Assembly (NCBI GenBank): GCA_964016885.1
Contig: OZ024743.1
Span: 314,712,001-314,776,000, forward strand
Origin: Eledone cirrhosa
Lineage: Eukaryota
Reading direction: 5' to 3'
Length of the DNA: 64,000 nucleotides
A model generated the notes under the pieces. That model saw only the letters and a list, made by a program, of their open reading frames with translations, was not told the DNA's origin and did not search any database. Positions 12,966 through 28,481 of this stretch are shown here, piece after piece. Position numbers and translations under genes: made by a program. The stretch's first letter is position 1. Every line of letters begins with the position of its first letter.

Positions 12966-15744
12966 AGTGATTTGAAGAATTTATTCTAACATCTTTATTT
13001 GTTATATATATATATGTGTGTGTGTGTTTGTGTCTCTGTCTGTGCATTTATGTGTGTGTGTGTGTATGTGTGTGTGCGTGTGTGTGCGTGTGTGTATGTA
13101 CACGTGTAAATACGCGCGCACACGCACATACAAACTATCTTTCTAGCATACAGAAACAGTGATATTACGCACCAATCTATCGAAATATGATATTTTAATT
13201 TGACAGATATTTCTGCATCCCATAATTTTCGGTTAGTATGTCTCTGCTTTTCACATGTGATTTATTCTGTCAATGAAATACATGTATATTGACAATAATT
13301 TGAAAGTAGGCTCAGGACACAATACCAATCCATTATATTGTGTACATAAACTAGAATGAGTAAGTTTACCATTAAGAAGCATGATAATCTAAGCCTTTTG
13401 GTCGAGATCTCCATGTTTCCAATGGAAATTTTGCGAATCATTCATTCATTCTCTAAAAAAAAAAAAAAATTCGGTTCGGGATTTCCATTAGACATAATCC
13501 CTCGTTAAGTTAAGCATTAAAATGTGAAGCCATCGACGAATATATTACGTGGTCATTCGTTCTAATAAAAATACATCCCAAATCTCCCTTTAATCATGGC
13601 ATGCAGTCATAAAGATAGAAGTATACTTTCGAATATATAATCTGGATATAGTAAATGCTGTAATTGATTTAAGGATCTTGAGATAAACAGTAAAACCAGT
13701 TATTTTTTCATTTCTCCAATCAGTTAGCTCAGAAACGAATTTCATACCTTCGGAGCAAGTAAATAAAATACGAAATCCTGGGTAATAAATATAATCACAG
13801 ACGTTAAATAAACCTTCATTAAATAGGAACTAGATCTTAGCTAGTTATTTGGCCAAGGTACATTCGTAGGTATTGTAAACTAAACTTAACAATAGTGGTA
13901 TAGTTAAGGAGATCACTAAACCAGAGCCTTTCAATGCTTGGCAACTTAAGCAATTGCCTTTACTATGGATTAGATTTCGATGCAATGTTTATGAGAGCAA
14001 TAGAGTGAAAGTAACTTTGGAAGCCGTCGGGTTAATGTTACCTGTAATTCAAAGGCCTAACTTTGAATGTCACTGAGAATTATGTTAAGAGGAAATGTGT
14101 CTCTGGAATGATCAGTACCTTGTAGATTATCTTGTGGAGCAGGATTTTGATTGAATAATTTGAACACTTATAATTAAAAGCCATGGCAGTTCATTTTATG
14201 CGATAGTTTTCGGCCTACATTTCAACTAATTTTAGACTATTTTGCTGACTGCGGTCACTGTGTTACGGCTACGTTGTAGCACCAAAAACACTTCAAATAC
14301 TAGATAGAGGTCAAGCTGATAGATCGAATGAATATTAAACGTTGAAACCGACGAAAGATCTACCATTACAAATATAGGATCCGAATTGCAAGAAATATTG
14401 TACTGAATGTACGATTGCAAGAAATATTGTACAGAATTTCTACTGGCATTCTCAAGGAATCTGAAATCATTTCAACTATTCCGTTAGTACAAAGATTACG
14501 GTTTAAAGCCAGGAATTCTCAAACTTACTTTGATTCAGCTTAAATAGAAATTGATTTACATAACCTTGTACCCTAAGTTGTAATCCGTTCACTCAGTATA
14601 TCCATGTGATCTGGCAGCAACACCAGACTTCAAATCCGATTGGAGTCCATTGGAAAAATGTTATTTCACATAAATTTACGCTTGTATAACTTCATGTCGC
14701 TCCAATCCTCTGGTATTTGCTTCATAAAAGCATATCTTGTATGGCGCATGGAGCGTGTACGTTTAATCAATTTGGAATATTATCATCTATAGAGAAATGT
14801 GAGTTTATTTTCGGTTGATCATTTTTCTTCAATTATTCCACTAGAAGAAGAAAATAAAACGTTCTACATATTCGAATGACCAATGTTTCAATGTACTGAC
14901 GCTTTGCTTATGAGTTTACTGTCAACCTTACGGTTATCGAGATGTTAATGGACATCTTCAAAACTGACCCACGCCCACGGAGATGGAGTGATGTCTTGTC
15001 GAACCTATACTTATAGAAACTATTGGCGCCCTTGGCCCTTGAATCACCTCTCTTAGTACTGTGATGGGGAAGATGACAATTGACACGAACACACTCCATA
15101 AGCTGTTCTTTCAACGCATCTCGTTCGATAGCCTTTTGGGTAATGCATTCCCAATTCTGTACATTGAAATTGTAAAATAAGTTGTCTTTGATGGTGTGTG
15201 AGTGCGGATAGGGTTACAGTACATGAGAATATATATTAAATATAATACGTATTGTCAGAGCAAGACATCCTGCTATTAAGTCTCCGTACCTTTCATGTTT
15301 TGTAAATGCACGTGTCGCTAGAGTATTTATTTACTGTGTTCTCCTCAATCGTTATAGGCAGCTGTCAGATTGAAAGAATATATTTCCACCAGTTTGACGA
15401 GAGTATGGGTGGTTTACTGTATATATCATTTATCGTTGTCTCATCAAGTGCGTGTGTGCGTTGTCCTGATATTTAGCAATGATCTTGTTTTTTGGTATAT
15501 ATTCATTTCGATTGTAACATTCTTGTGTTATTTACTGTAGTTTCATGGATATGTAGATCATATCTATTATAATTAATTAAGGTAGAATCACCTGTATATC
15601 TAAAATTGTTAATGTTCTTACATACATTTGACACTGCCACAATATCTTACAATTTTAGTGTACAGGATCAATAGGCTATTTGAGCAAGCATTGCGTAATC
15701 ATAGGTGGCAGGTTTATGTGAAACTGCTAAATTGTATTTATTAT

Positions 15745-15955
15745 CTACGGATTGGCTATATCGGTAGAGGCTCGGTCAATATACGTTGTGGCTTATAGTT
15801 ACGGCTCTTTAAGTTCGGCGTTCAAAGCCTGTCGAGGTTAGCTTTGCCTTTCATCCTTAAGTGTTCGATAAAATAAAGCACGAGTAACATACTCGAGTCG
15901 ATATAATCGACATTGCTCTTCCCTTCAAATTGCCTACCATATGTAGAAACAATTA
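15745..15955 (+). mobile_element. SINE family A, long form
   Basis: Same head and body as the other copies, plus the central gagtcgatataatcgac segment. Confidence 0.85.
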
Positions 15956-16129
15956 TCTACCATTTACACCCCCCCCCCCTCAATTTCTCTTTTATACCCC
16001 CTCCCCCCGGTCATTCATTGGATTTCCAAGCAGCTCATGAGTCCCATGAGGTTGGGTTTGCCCATATTGGAAATCACTGGGTTCAATGAGAGTACAGAAT
16101 ACTACAAAGCGTGTAGACACTGTACTTAT

Positions 16130-16400
16130 AATTTATGGTATTTTACTCATGATTTTACGATTGTGAGTTCCATCCCGGACACCGGTGATGTATTGTTTCC
16201 TTGAACAATACATTGTATTTCCTCGTAAATCAAATTGTTAGTTATATTACACGATGTGTCCCATCTGAATTTCACAGAGTATTACGCTATGAGTATACGT
16301 GCCTATGAAATTATCACTGACTTGCAGGTTAATTGACCCAGAGAGTCAGTTACTTTAATCTAACAAATGAGACATTCCTTGTCGAAACAGATGGAAGTCC
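16130..16400 (+). mobile_element. Degenerate tRNA-headed SINE related to family B
   Basis: ttgtgagttccatcccggacaccgg...ttgtttccttgaacaatacattgtatttc resembles the head of the copies at 34213 and 56535. Confidence 0.5.
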
Positions 16401-16865
16401 AAAATAAAGAGTACACGCTATTCTGTAACTTATTATACATTTTAGAATCGTTTATTTAGATAATCTATCCTTGTACACCGAGATCTTTGACCATCTGCCG
16501 TGTGATGCATTTAACGAATACATATATTTATATATTGCATATTTATGAGCTAGCATTCCGAAATACTGAATTAAATTCCTTTAATGATACATTTAAAGAC
16601 TTTACAATGATGGATCATAAAAGAAGTATTTCTAAAATTGTGTTTGAGTTTAATAAATGAGAGTTGGGAAAAGTTACAGTCACAAACGTTATATATATAA
16701 GTGTGAGAGAGTGTGTGTCTATAGGAAGAATAATAAGAGAGAGAAAAGAAGTCAGGCAAATGCTTATATATATATATATATATATATATGAATAAAAATA
16801 GACAAAGAGAAAATTTTCATTCATATGTATCACATTCGCAACAACGAGCACGCCATTTTTTCCTT

Positions 16866-16934
<69 letters not shown>

Positions 16935-17657
16935 ACACAAATATATGATCTTTTGTTTTATTAGTTTCAACACGCAGATATCTTGTCATCAGAGAAATAA
17001 GAGTGAAGGAGAGGGAGTAAGTAAGTGAAAAGGAGTAGAGAGAGGAATGTTTCGCAATAGAAGAAATATAATGTTAAAGTGAAACTGAAAGATTGAAGAC
17101 AAACAACTTTTGCTTATCTGTTTATTTTGTATTACTAACACTGCGCGCGCGTATCTGTCTGTGCGTGTGCGTGTGCGGTTTTGCATCCGAGTTTTCTCAA
17201 ATATCATTTGTTAAATTCAAACTTAATTAATTTAGTAATGTGTCTTTGTACCAGTGCAGGAAAGAACTTAAATGAATAATAAAAAGGAATTTAATTTAGT
17301 ATTTCGAATTTAAATTAATTAATTTGACTTAAGTACAGAGCAGTACATCAGGTTAGACAGAGTTCCAGATATTTCTAATTAAAATTTATGTTAATTCTAT
17401 TGCACACTGATACAGGCACATTTAGTTTTATAGTTTTCTTTATTAAGCCGTATAATGAACGTTTCCACAGTAATTACGAATTACTAAGTAAATTTTCATT
17501 AGAATTTTGAATGCGTGGATAATGTAAAGCCTATGTAAATTTGTTTTGTCTTATCAAAATACGGTGAAACTTAAGTAACGCTTGTGAAATATAAGTCTTA
17601 CTGTAAATACACACATACAGAAAGAGATAGAGAGACAGACTGACACACACACACACG

Positions 17658-17721
<64 letters not shown>

Positions 17722-18137
17722 TTGAGAGGAGAGAGTAGTTAGATAAATACATTCACGCAGACAATCACACAAAATACACATATCAGCAGGGCCGGATATT
17801 TCGGCGAGTGGTGTTGGTGAGTGCCCTGGGGCTCCCTCATCAAACAAGCCCACCTTTCCCGTTGCCTTTCATGCTTATATATTTACACACACACACGCAT
17901 ACACACAAATACATACACAAACACACACATGCATATATAAACACACAGACGTGCATGTGTATGTGTGTTTCTGTGTGTGGATATTGTACGTTACACTAAA
18001 CCTGAAGAGCCCAGTGTCCCGGGAGGGCCTAATATTGTCGTCCCTATCAGTGCCTATCCTCTATATTCAGTGGAGCAACAGAGAGTGATCTTTGTAACAC
18101 ACTCCGAGTTACATATCAAAACGAATATATATATATC

Positions 18138-18345
18138 TAAAGTCTAAAGTCTGTCTTAAGCCAGAAGGCTCATTTGGCCGGTGCTTATACCAGTTTCATG
18201 GCGTGAAGGATTAAACCTCCAGCTATTGTTGGTACTCATTTCCAGCTAAGTATACTGGAGCTATGTGAAATGAAGTATGTTGCTCAAGAACACAACACGC
18301 AACCCAGGAAACGAACCCACGAGATTACCACTAGGCCACGTGCCT

Positions 18346-18348
<3 letters not shown>
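18138..18348 (-). mobile_element. tRNA-headed SINE sharing the family B core but with a different 3' tail
   Basis: The reverse complement reads ggaggcacgtggcctagtgg...gggttcgtttcctggg...tgtgttcttgagcaacatacttcatttcac...gaaactgg...ctttagactttaga. Confidence 0.75.
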
Positions 18349-18393
<45 letters not shown>

Positions 18394-18398
<5 letters not shown>

Positions 18399-19500
18399 TT
18401 TACATATATATATACATATATATACAGATACGTGTTTTGCAACTGGTCACTTTATGGCTCAATGAAAAATTAATAAATTAAATAATCAGAGCTATATATC
18501 ATAAAATATGTCTATAGAATCACAAGATAAAATATATACCATTTCCCCTCCCAATTAGCATAATTAACTATATAAAAAATCGAATAGACCAGGCTATAAG
18601 AATGAGGCTTCTATGAAGAAATCTCCGACAAATAACCGAAACTAGCCCTTCGTGTCGGCCGCAGCGGAATATTTATCGCATATTTCGACAGCGTAATCGC
18701 CCAGATACAGTCAACTAAACAGAATTAGGTGTAAAATGAACTAGGAGAAAATAGAATACATTTAAATACCTCTACCATGGTTTCCTCCGTATTTTGAGTT
18801 TTCCAATAATTATGTAATAATTATATAAACTCGAGCACCGGATTCATCAGGAAGTTTGCTCTTATTTAGACACTAAATTTTCCAAAGTGGTCGCACCAAG
18901 AATTCATTCAAAATGGCTAAAAATCGTGACGTAGTCGCGGTCAGGTTGGAAGGGGTGTGGTAGTTGCTTACGACTGGTGGCATTTTTGCTAGAAAGCACA
19001 GCACAATACAGCCAAATTTGTATCTCAACCTAATGGGAGATTATTACATATAAAAGTTTACATATATATATACATATATATACATATACGTGTTTTGCAA
19101 CTGGTCACTTTGTGGCTCAATGAAAAATTAATAAATAAGAGCAAACTTCCTGCTGAATCCGGTTCTCGAGTTTATATAATTAATACATAATTATTGGAAA
19201 ACTCAAAATACGGATGAAACCATGGTAGAGGTATTTAAATGTATTCTATTTTCTCCTAGTTTATTTTACACCTAATTCTGTTTAGTTGACTGTATCTGGG
19301 CGATTACGCTGTCGAAATATTCGATAAATATTCCGCTGCGGCCGACGCGAAGGGCTAGTTTCGGTTATTTGTCGGAGATTTCTTCATAGAAGCCTCATTC
19401 TTATAGCCTGGTCTATTCGATTTTTTATATAGTTAATTATGGTAATTGGGAGAGGAAATGGTATATATTTTATCTTGTGATTCTATAGACATGTGTTATG

Positions 19501-19507
<7 letters not shown>
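18394..19507. mobile_element. Non-coding HHR element, family C: terminally redundant 658-bp unit plus an inverted arm
   Basis: Direct repeat 18394-18478 / 19052-19136; inverted arms 18493-18868 / 19132-19507; (TA)n flanks. Confidence 0.9.
19146..19231 (+). ncRNA. Type I HHR with extended stem II (core mutated here; intact CTGATGA in the minus-strand mirror at 18770-18854)
   Basis: cttc CTG(c)TGA atccg [about 50 nt] cggat GAAA ccatgg TA gagg; stem III ACCATGGT is palindromic. Confidence 0.8.
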
Positions 19508-19539
<32 letters not shown>

Positions 19540-19782
19540 AGAGAGAGTGTGTGTGTTGTTATTCCCAGCATCGCTTCCTTTGATGAATGTTCGTGTAAAT
19601 AATGTACAAGTACCTGAGCATTCCCCAATGTTTGAAAAGACTAGTCCTTGAATTGCAGGTACAAGACATAAGGGCCAGCCGATTAGGGAGAAGCCACATG
19701 AAAAATGAAGTGCTATGCTGAAGGAGCAGTGTGTATTATATATACTTGATATATTTCGCCTGTTTATCACAGGGTCAATTGT

Positions 19783-21285
<1,503 letters not shown>

Positions 21286-21286
21286 T

Positions 21287-21343
<57 letters not shown>

Positions 21344-22024
21344 AGCATTCGTATTCCCTTCGTGTTTGATAATGCTGTCGTTCTTGATATGTGATAAGAA
21401 ATGAATCACAAGTTACATGGCAACAATTTGAAAACTTAGTAATTATTTAAGTTTGTTTTTTACAATATATTTATTAGCTTCCTGAAAAACTATCCGAAGA
21501 TAGCATGACCGTGCGCAGTATAATATCTCTTCAACTGCACAATATGACATGAGATGAAGTAATAACTTCAGCTATATATAGATTATGTAGATGTTTTCAA
21601 TGCTATGAGGTACTATGAAATACATCTAAAAATATTTATGTCAAATACATTATTTCGTTTATTCCTTTTCTCATTATCGCTATTTCTTCTTCTATTTCTC
21701 ATCCTATCTTCTAATGAAGGAATTGCTTCTGAAAGGGTAAACGTTAAACTAATATATATCTTTACTGTACTGTGTTATTTGCTTTCTTGATATCTGTTTA
21801 CCTTTCGTATATGTATATAAATAGCCAACTAACGACAACACGTCATTACCCTCCTATTAACCGTGACCTCTCTTCTCTTCTGCTTCTTTATTTATTTTTT
21901 TGCTTCATTATGGTTTTCTCTCTCCCAAACATTCTCAATTCTCTCTCTCATCATTCTATCGTGTGACTATTTTCAGAAACGTTTATTTCCCCCCCCCCCC
22001 CCAATTCTATGGATAGTTAACCTA

Positions 22025-22136
22025 ATAATTGTTTCTACTTTTGGCACAAGGCCAGCAATTACCCAGTACATTACTGTTGCTTTATTTTATCAACCCCGTA
22101 AGGATGAAAGGCAAAGTTAACCTCGGCGGGATTTGA
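22025..22136 (-). mobile_element. SINE family A, 3' part
   Basis: Antisense to aaatcccgccgaggttaactttgcctttcatccttacgggg...gtagaaacaattatt. Confidence 0.88.
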
Positions 22137-22868
22137 TAGATAAGCAAATAATGATGATTAATTGAATTTATATGTAAACAGATTTTGTATTTGAGATGGT
22201 GGATTTTCCGTCAATTTTGACGATAAATACTGAAACTCTGGATCAATTGAACGTGCAAATTTTGTATTACCGCGTAGCCTATTTGGTGTGTTATAGGTAG
22301 CTGTCCTCTTTACGTAACTCTCAATAAGAATCGAGGTGACACTTATGTCTCGTGTCTAACTTTACAGACGTTGTTTCCCTACTATTGTTGTGATCTAGGG
22401 GAAATGTGTAGTGCCAATAACAGGAACTCATGGATAAGAAATATATTACCTACGTGTAGACGAATGTTATCAGCTAATGTCCGTAATATGTAAAATATAC
22501 CACATCTCTCTACACACAAGATTCCATTTTTCCAGTCCTCTTCTCAACAAGAAATATGAATAAACTTAACACTTAATTTTAAATCTTTAATTTTAAATTT
22601 TTCATTTCTTTTAATTCTTTTTAATTGTAATACTCAACAATTAGATGAGATGGATTTTACTAATACACCGAAACCGGTTATAATTCATATATATTATTAA
22701 AGTCTTTTTCTAAAGAATCGTCCCTCTCATTTTTTCAATAATGTCATTTTGACGACTCAAAGAAAGAAAAAAAAGAAAAGAAAACAGATCCTTAAATATA
22801 GCTTCCGTGCTATTTCCAATTTCACTTTTTCTCTATAACCACTGTTTTGTATTGAATCTTACTCCATC

Positions 22869-22970
<102 letters not shown>

Positions 22971-23208
22971 CTGTCAGACTGACTTCACGTAGACACGCAG
23001 TACGGCTGCTAGGAGTCGAAACTGACAAAGTCTTTCTCGACGGCTGAAGATCTTGGAGTTGTGTGTCTTTCGTGTCTTTTTATTTAAAAAAAAGCAATTT
23101 AATGATTCCCCTTTAAAAAAAATTTGTCCATTTTGCTTTCTTTTCGTTCGATGTCTTCTTTTTATCAATTATCCTAAGTTTGTTATTATTATACACTCAT
23201 GTTATATA

Positions 23209-23265
<57 letters not shown>

Positions 23266-23271
<6 letters not shown>

Positions 23272-24030
23272 ATACTTTGGGAGGGTCATGTTGCCAATAA
23301 GAAACACACGCACCAGTTGCTTTCACTTCAATTTATTATATATTTATAAATTTATAAATTTATAAATTTCTGGTGGTTGGTTGGTTCCACAACCAGATAG
23401 TTGTTTATATATAGTCATAGTTCTTTCGTCACACGCTCTGTGACCTCTTCAGTGACTGGGGATTCCTTTCTTTGTTTCTGTGCCTCTCCTGTGTTCTGTC
23501 CTACGCCATTTTGTTTCTGTGTGTGTGTTGTATGCTCAGTCTGCGCATGCACCACATCCGGGTGTCTGTGTGTGTTTATGTTCATTTATTTATTTGTTTA
23601 TTTACATGTTACTGGTTGGTTGTTTGTTCTATGTGTGTGTGTGTTTTCATTTTGTCCTTAATTGTAAGTTGTGATGTTGCTGTTCCACTCATATTTTCTA
23701 TTTAATTTGGGTTGTAATTCTTTTATGTTTATTGCCTCTGTAATTTGTCTAAACATTGCGTCTTTTCTGTGTGTAGATTCTATTTTTATTTCTATGTTCT
23801 CTAATTTACCCTTGTGTTCTATTTTAGCATGTTGGTAGAGTACAGATGATTCTTTATTATCTTGAAGGTCTCGCCAGTGTTCATTTATCCGTTCCCCTAC
23901 ACTACGAGCTGTCTCACCTATGTACACTATATGTTTGTCTCTACATTGTCCTTCAGTACATCTTATGCTATACACTACATTTCTAGTTTTACAGTTAATA
24001 TGGGGGCTTATTTTACAGGTTATACATTTC
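23266..24030 (-). mobile_element. Nematis-type PLE 3' part, subfamily 1: Cys linker, GIY-YIG endonuclease, 3' UTR and pLTR with HHR (23413-23457)
   Basis: KCITCKISPHINCKTRNVVYSIRCTEGQC..IVYIGETARSVGERINEH...VLYQHAKIEH...RQITEAINI...LN shows the GIY-YIG and CCHH signature. The terminus matches 4855-5118. Confidence 0.9.
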
Positions 24031-25227
24031 TTAGGAGCCATGGAGAAGTATAAGACCCTCATAGAACTGGACATGAAAGGAATTTGCCCATTATACAGGG
24101 GCAAATCATGGAATAGCTTAGATAGGGCTAGACATAAGATAGGGAAAGCCACCTCATGGTACGATAACCAGAGATACCAGAGTGTCATGTTTGTGGACGC
24201 TACCCCTGGAGGGAAATTAGCTAACCAGTGTAAAAAGGCCCCGAGAAAGACCCACTTAAAAATTAAGGTGGTAGAAAAGCCAGGAACCACCATAAAATCC
24301 CTGATCAGCAAAACCTACCCTTTTAAGAAAACCCACTGTACCAATAGGAAATGTATCATATGTAAGGTAAACCCCCGGATAAACTGTAAAACTAGAAACG
24401 TAGTCTATAGCATAAGATGTACAGAGGGTACTTGCAGAAACATGACAACAACATACATAGGTGAGACAGCTCGTAGCATAGGTGAATGGATAGACCAACA
24501 CTGGTGGGAACTAAAATGACGAAAAAACGGGTCAGTACTATACGAACATGCTAGACAACAACATGACAGTAACATAGACAACATAGAAATTAGAATAATA
24601 TCTAAACATAGAAATGTCCCAGCAGAGAGGCAAATCAGAGAGGCCAGTGAAATAGAAATTAGAAGACCAAGACTAAACAGAAAGATTGAATGGAATAACA
24701 ACAACACCCAAACAAACAACACTGACCAAAGAGAGGTATAAATAAGTAAATAAAATAAAATAAATTAATAAATAAATAAATACATACACAAGCACAATAA
24801 CAACAAGCACATAAACATACACTAGTCACCCATCACACAGCAAACAAAACACTATACACACACGCAAACGCCTGCGCAAAGAAGACAAAATAAAATAAAC
24901 AAACAAGTAAATAAATAAATAAATATATAGACAGACTGAATAAAAATGGCGTAGACATACAATACAACAGGAGGAAACGATAGCACCACTGACGATGTTG
25001 CAGATGTGCAACGAAAGATTTATGATAAACTATATATATGTGTTTGTGTCTATATTGTATCTGCATTATTTTTGATCGTCGGTCAGTCAATGGCAACATT
25101 GAGGACCGAGTAAGTTAGATTACCGATATAAAAGACACAGAAGCGAGAAGCGAAAACCAACCAAACGGTGAGTGTGTTCTGTTATTAATTCTGGCAATAT
25201 TACACAAATATGACCCTCCCCAAGTAT

Positions 25228-25234
<7 letters not shown>
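24031..25234 (+). mobile_element. Nematis-type PLE 3' part, subfamily 2: RT thumb, linker, GIY-YIG (one premature TGA at 24517), pLTR with HHR (24984-25027)
   Basis: PLYR...SVMFVDATPGGKLA...IKVVEKPGTTIK...CTNRKCIICK..CKTRNVVYSIRC..YIGETARS..H..VLYEHARQQH; the frame continues to TAA at 24741. HHR reads CTGACGA t gttgca-gatg-tgcaac GAAA gatt TA tg. Confidence 0.9.
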
Positions 25235-25272
<38 letters not shown>

Positions 25273-26027
25273 CACACACACATATATATATATATATAGA
25301 GAGAGAGATAGATAGATCCAAGCGCACGCACATATACACACATATGTGTATATACACGTTGATACACACACACTTGTATATATACATCTGTGTGTTTATG
25401 TGGACACACACAAACATATTTATGCACGTATATAGGACAATTACAGTTTATATACTACTACAAGCTGTTTACAGCTAGAGGCAGCTTTAAAACTGAATGA
25501 CATACTCGTTCCCATTTCCTTTATATAAATACAATCTTTGAACAATCTCAGCTCATTAATAAATCAATATCTCTAAGGAACGTGAGACATGTTGTACAGC
25601 AGGGGGTAAGCTTCCGGGAAAGCGAAACTGTAACGAGATTTCATTTGCCAACTGAAAGCAGCCATTTAAATTGAATAAGACAGGCTAACTCATAAATATG
25701 AGAAGTTCCTTTTCCTACTGCCCTATCACGGAGACAGTTGTCACGTCAAAAAGTAACGCAAGGTTATATAAGCTCCTCGAAGGCCAACTGACTCTATACT
25801 GTGGCTTCCGTTCTAGTTTGGAGTTATTTCACTACACACATCTCATACATGCAATTGCTGATTGGAAAATAATTTATTATCACACTATTCCATACATTAT
25901 GAAATATATTCTGTTTTCATACCTGAACTCTCTCGTTCCCAACCTTCGGATGAATGGTTTTATCTATGCTTTTCAAACAACCAAGATTTTGAAGAGATTT
26001 GGTAATATAATTAACTCTCTACAACGT

Positions 26028-26240
26028 GAATTGGATGTATAGGTAGATCGTCAGACAACATGCGTAGTGGCATAGTTTTAACGCCTTCACGTTCTGTGTT
26101 CAAATCTCTCCTAGGTTAGTTTTGCCTTTCATCCTGTATGGGGCCGATAAAATAAGGTAGCAGTTCTGCACTGGAGTTGATTGAATCGACCTTTCCTTTC
26201 CCTTTAAATTTCTCGTCTCGTGTCAAAAGTAGAACCAATA
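26028..26240 (+). mobile_element. SINE family A, long form, diverged
   Basis: gttctgtgttcaaatctctcctaggttagttttgcctttcatcctgtatggggccgataaaataagg...gtagaaccaat. Confidence 0.8.
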
Positions 26241-28077
26241 AAATTAACGTTCTCATTAATACGCCTTTCAATATCATATTTCTTATGTACGAAACACGTT
26301 AAATATTAACCAGAATTCGAATTTAATAGGAAAACTAATGTTTTATCATTTAACATCTTGCACATACATAATACTACTCTATCAAGGATACGTTTCCATA
26401 TAAACTGGTACATGTTCCCCACAGATCTGTGACACAAGGCATGGAAAATTAAATATAATGCACAAATACATTACAAAACATCTGCAGCATATATGAACTC
26501 AATATATCTGTATTTCAGTTTCAAACTACATTTACATGATGATTTTAGCAACTTTAATATTTTCAATACGATATTTCGAATGAAAAACTAAGCCATCAAG
26601 CCATTTAAAATATAAACGAGAATGTGCAGGGATTTAGTTGAATAAATAGTTTTCCTATTATTAAACTGCAATTTGGAACATATATTAACAAAGATTCTTC
26701 AACAAAATTTATGATGGAAGGTTTTTTAGATGCTGTCAGTAGCAAATTAGTTAGTTTGACATAAAACTGTTTAATCCAACAGAATTAGGGAGATTAAAAT
26801 GAGGTTTTTTTTACATCATATTAAATACACAAGGTTTCGGTCAAAATATATAATAACACATATAGCATAAATGAACGTTCAAAACGTATTATCTGTTCAG
26901 GTCATACTCTAAAGCAATATAGGCAATCTTGTGAAATAGAAAGTTTGACTCTACATTTTGAAATAATATGCAGTGATAGCTGGTAAATTTGAACATTTTG
27001 TTTCATAATTATCAGCACCTAGGTTTGTTTCCACTGGTGAATCCTTGGGCGATTGCATTTATCATAGACTTGGGATGACAAGAAACGTGTGGAAATAATT
27101 ATGAAGAAATTTGTGTAGTCATCTGTAAAAGTAATTCAAAGGTCCAATCTCATCGCAGAGACTGCCACTGATTCGTTTTCGGGATTTCTTTAAGGTTAAA
27201 CGTGTCTAGGGAATACTCAGTTACAAATAAAATTTATGAAAATCTGAAACCACATCCCTGAAGATGAACCATATTAAAAATAATTTAAATAAGCTACATA
27301 TAGGTAATGTTGCTGGAACATTGGATAGTATGTTTCCCGTTATTGGTTCCACGTCCTTGAGTTCAAATTTAGCCCAAGTCAAATTTGCCTTCGCAGATCT
27401 TTATTTCAGATATAATATGGTTTCATTGTAATTTTGAGTGACCTTGGACGATAGGTCTGTCGCTGTATGGGCCACCATACCCCAGACAGCAGCAACAATA
27501 CTCTCTTTTTACTAAATTATTATATATTACGTAGTCGCATCATGACCAAGGCATTAAGAATTTCGCTTTGAAATCATAACTTCACGAGTCCGACAGTTAT
27601 TTCTTCAAATATTCGGAGATTAGAAATAGATGTTAGCTGCTATATAAAAATTGTGCACATTTTATTTGCGAATTTAAAATTATATTTCAGCTCAGCTTCA
27701 GCTATAAGCGAGGCTGCTTTCAGCAGAATTCATTCTCATCAATTTATATCTATAGAAATACAGAAACAATAAGATTATCGTGCAATATAAACATGAATTA
27801 TTTTAAATGAATTGCCGTTGACAGCCGTTAGAAAGTGAATAAATACGATAAGGACCTCAAGGAAACACAAAACTGAAATGCATTAAGTACCACGTGATGA
27901 AGTCTCTGGAGCATCTTAAGTATTTAACATGCTCTTGGTAATAATATATTGCTGTACAAGATATCAGAAGCCAGGAGAAAAGAAATGCAAAAATAAGGTT
28001 CAATATTTGTTAAGAAATACAAACGCAGCGAAATTGTAGGATGATATATGCATGTATGACTAGCCTAGACATATATG

Positions 28078-28150
<73 letters not shown>

Positions 28151-28481
28151 TATATATATAATATATATACATGCATCATAAACCACATCCCACTCGGATT
28201 AAGTATATTTTCCTTTATAAATACTTAAATACACATGCAAATACATACATATATTATTGAGAAAGAGGAAGATGGAGAGGGATAGAGAAAGAACGACTTA
28301 TAGATATATTTATCAAATACCATTATTTGATAAATGAATACTCCGTCTCTCATAATAACCTATCTGGGATAACCTACTCACGTGAAGTGCTTTGAATCGA
28401 TAGGACCTCCTTATCCGCAAGAAGTTACAACGTAGCAACTAAGATAAACAACACACTTCTGCAACTATATATATATATATC

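Noticed and set aside
17995-18055. HHR-like CTGAAGA gccc...gggc
   Set aside because: The GAAA box reads CTAA and stem I is unconvincing; at most a decayed remnant.
19570-19650. ttgatga...gaaaagactagtc as a possible HHR
   Set aside because: Core mismatch and no clear stem I or stem II pairing.
22974-23140. HHR-like words (gagtcGAAAc...gtc; CTGAAGA)
   Set aside because: The boxes could not be assembled into a consistent three-stem fold by eye.
24517-24519. In-frame TGA in the PLE GIY-YIG read as selenocysteine (as in some Naiad PLEs)
   Set aside because: It aligns to Asp, not Cys, in the sister copy. Nearby TGG codons replacing Arg point to CpG decay (CGA to TGA), and the domain order is not Naiad-like.
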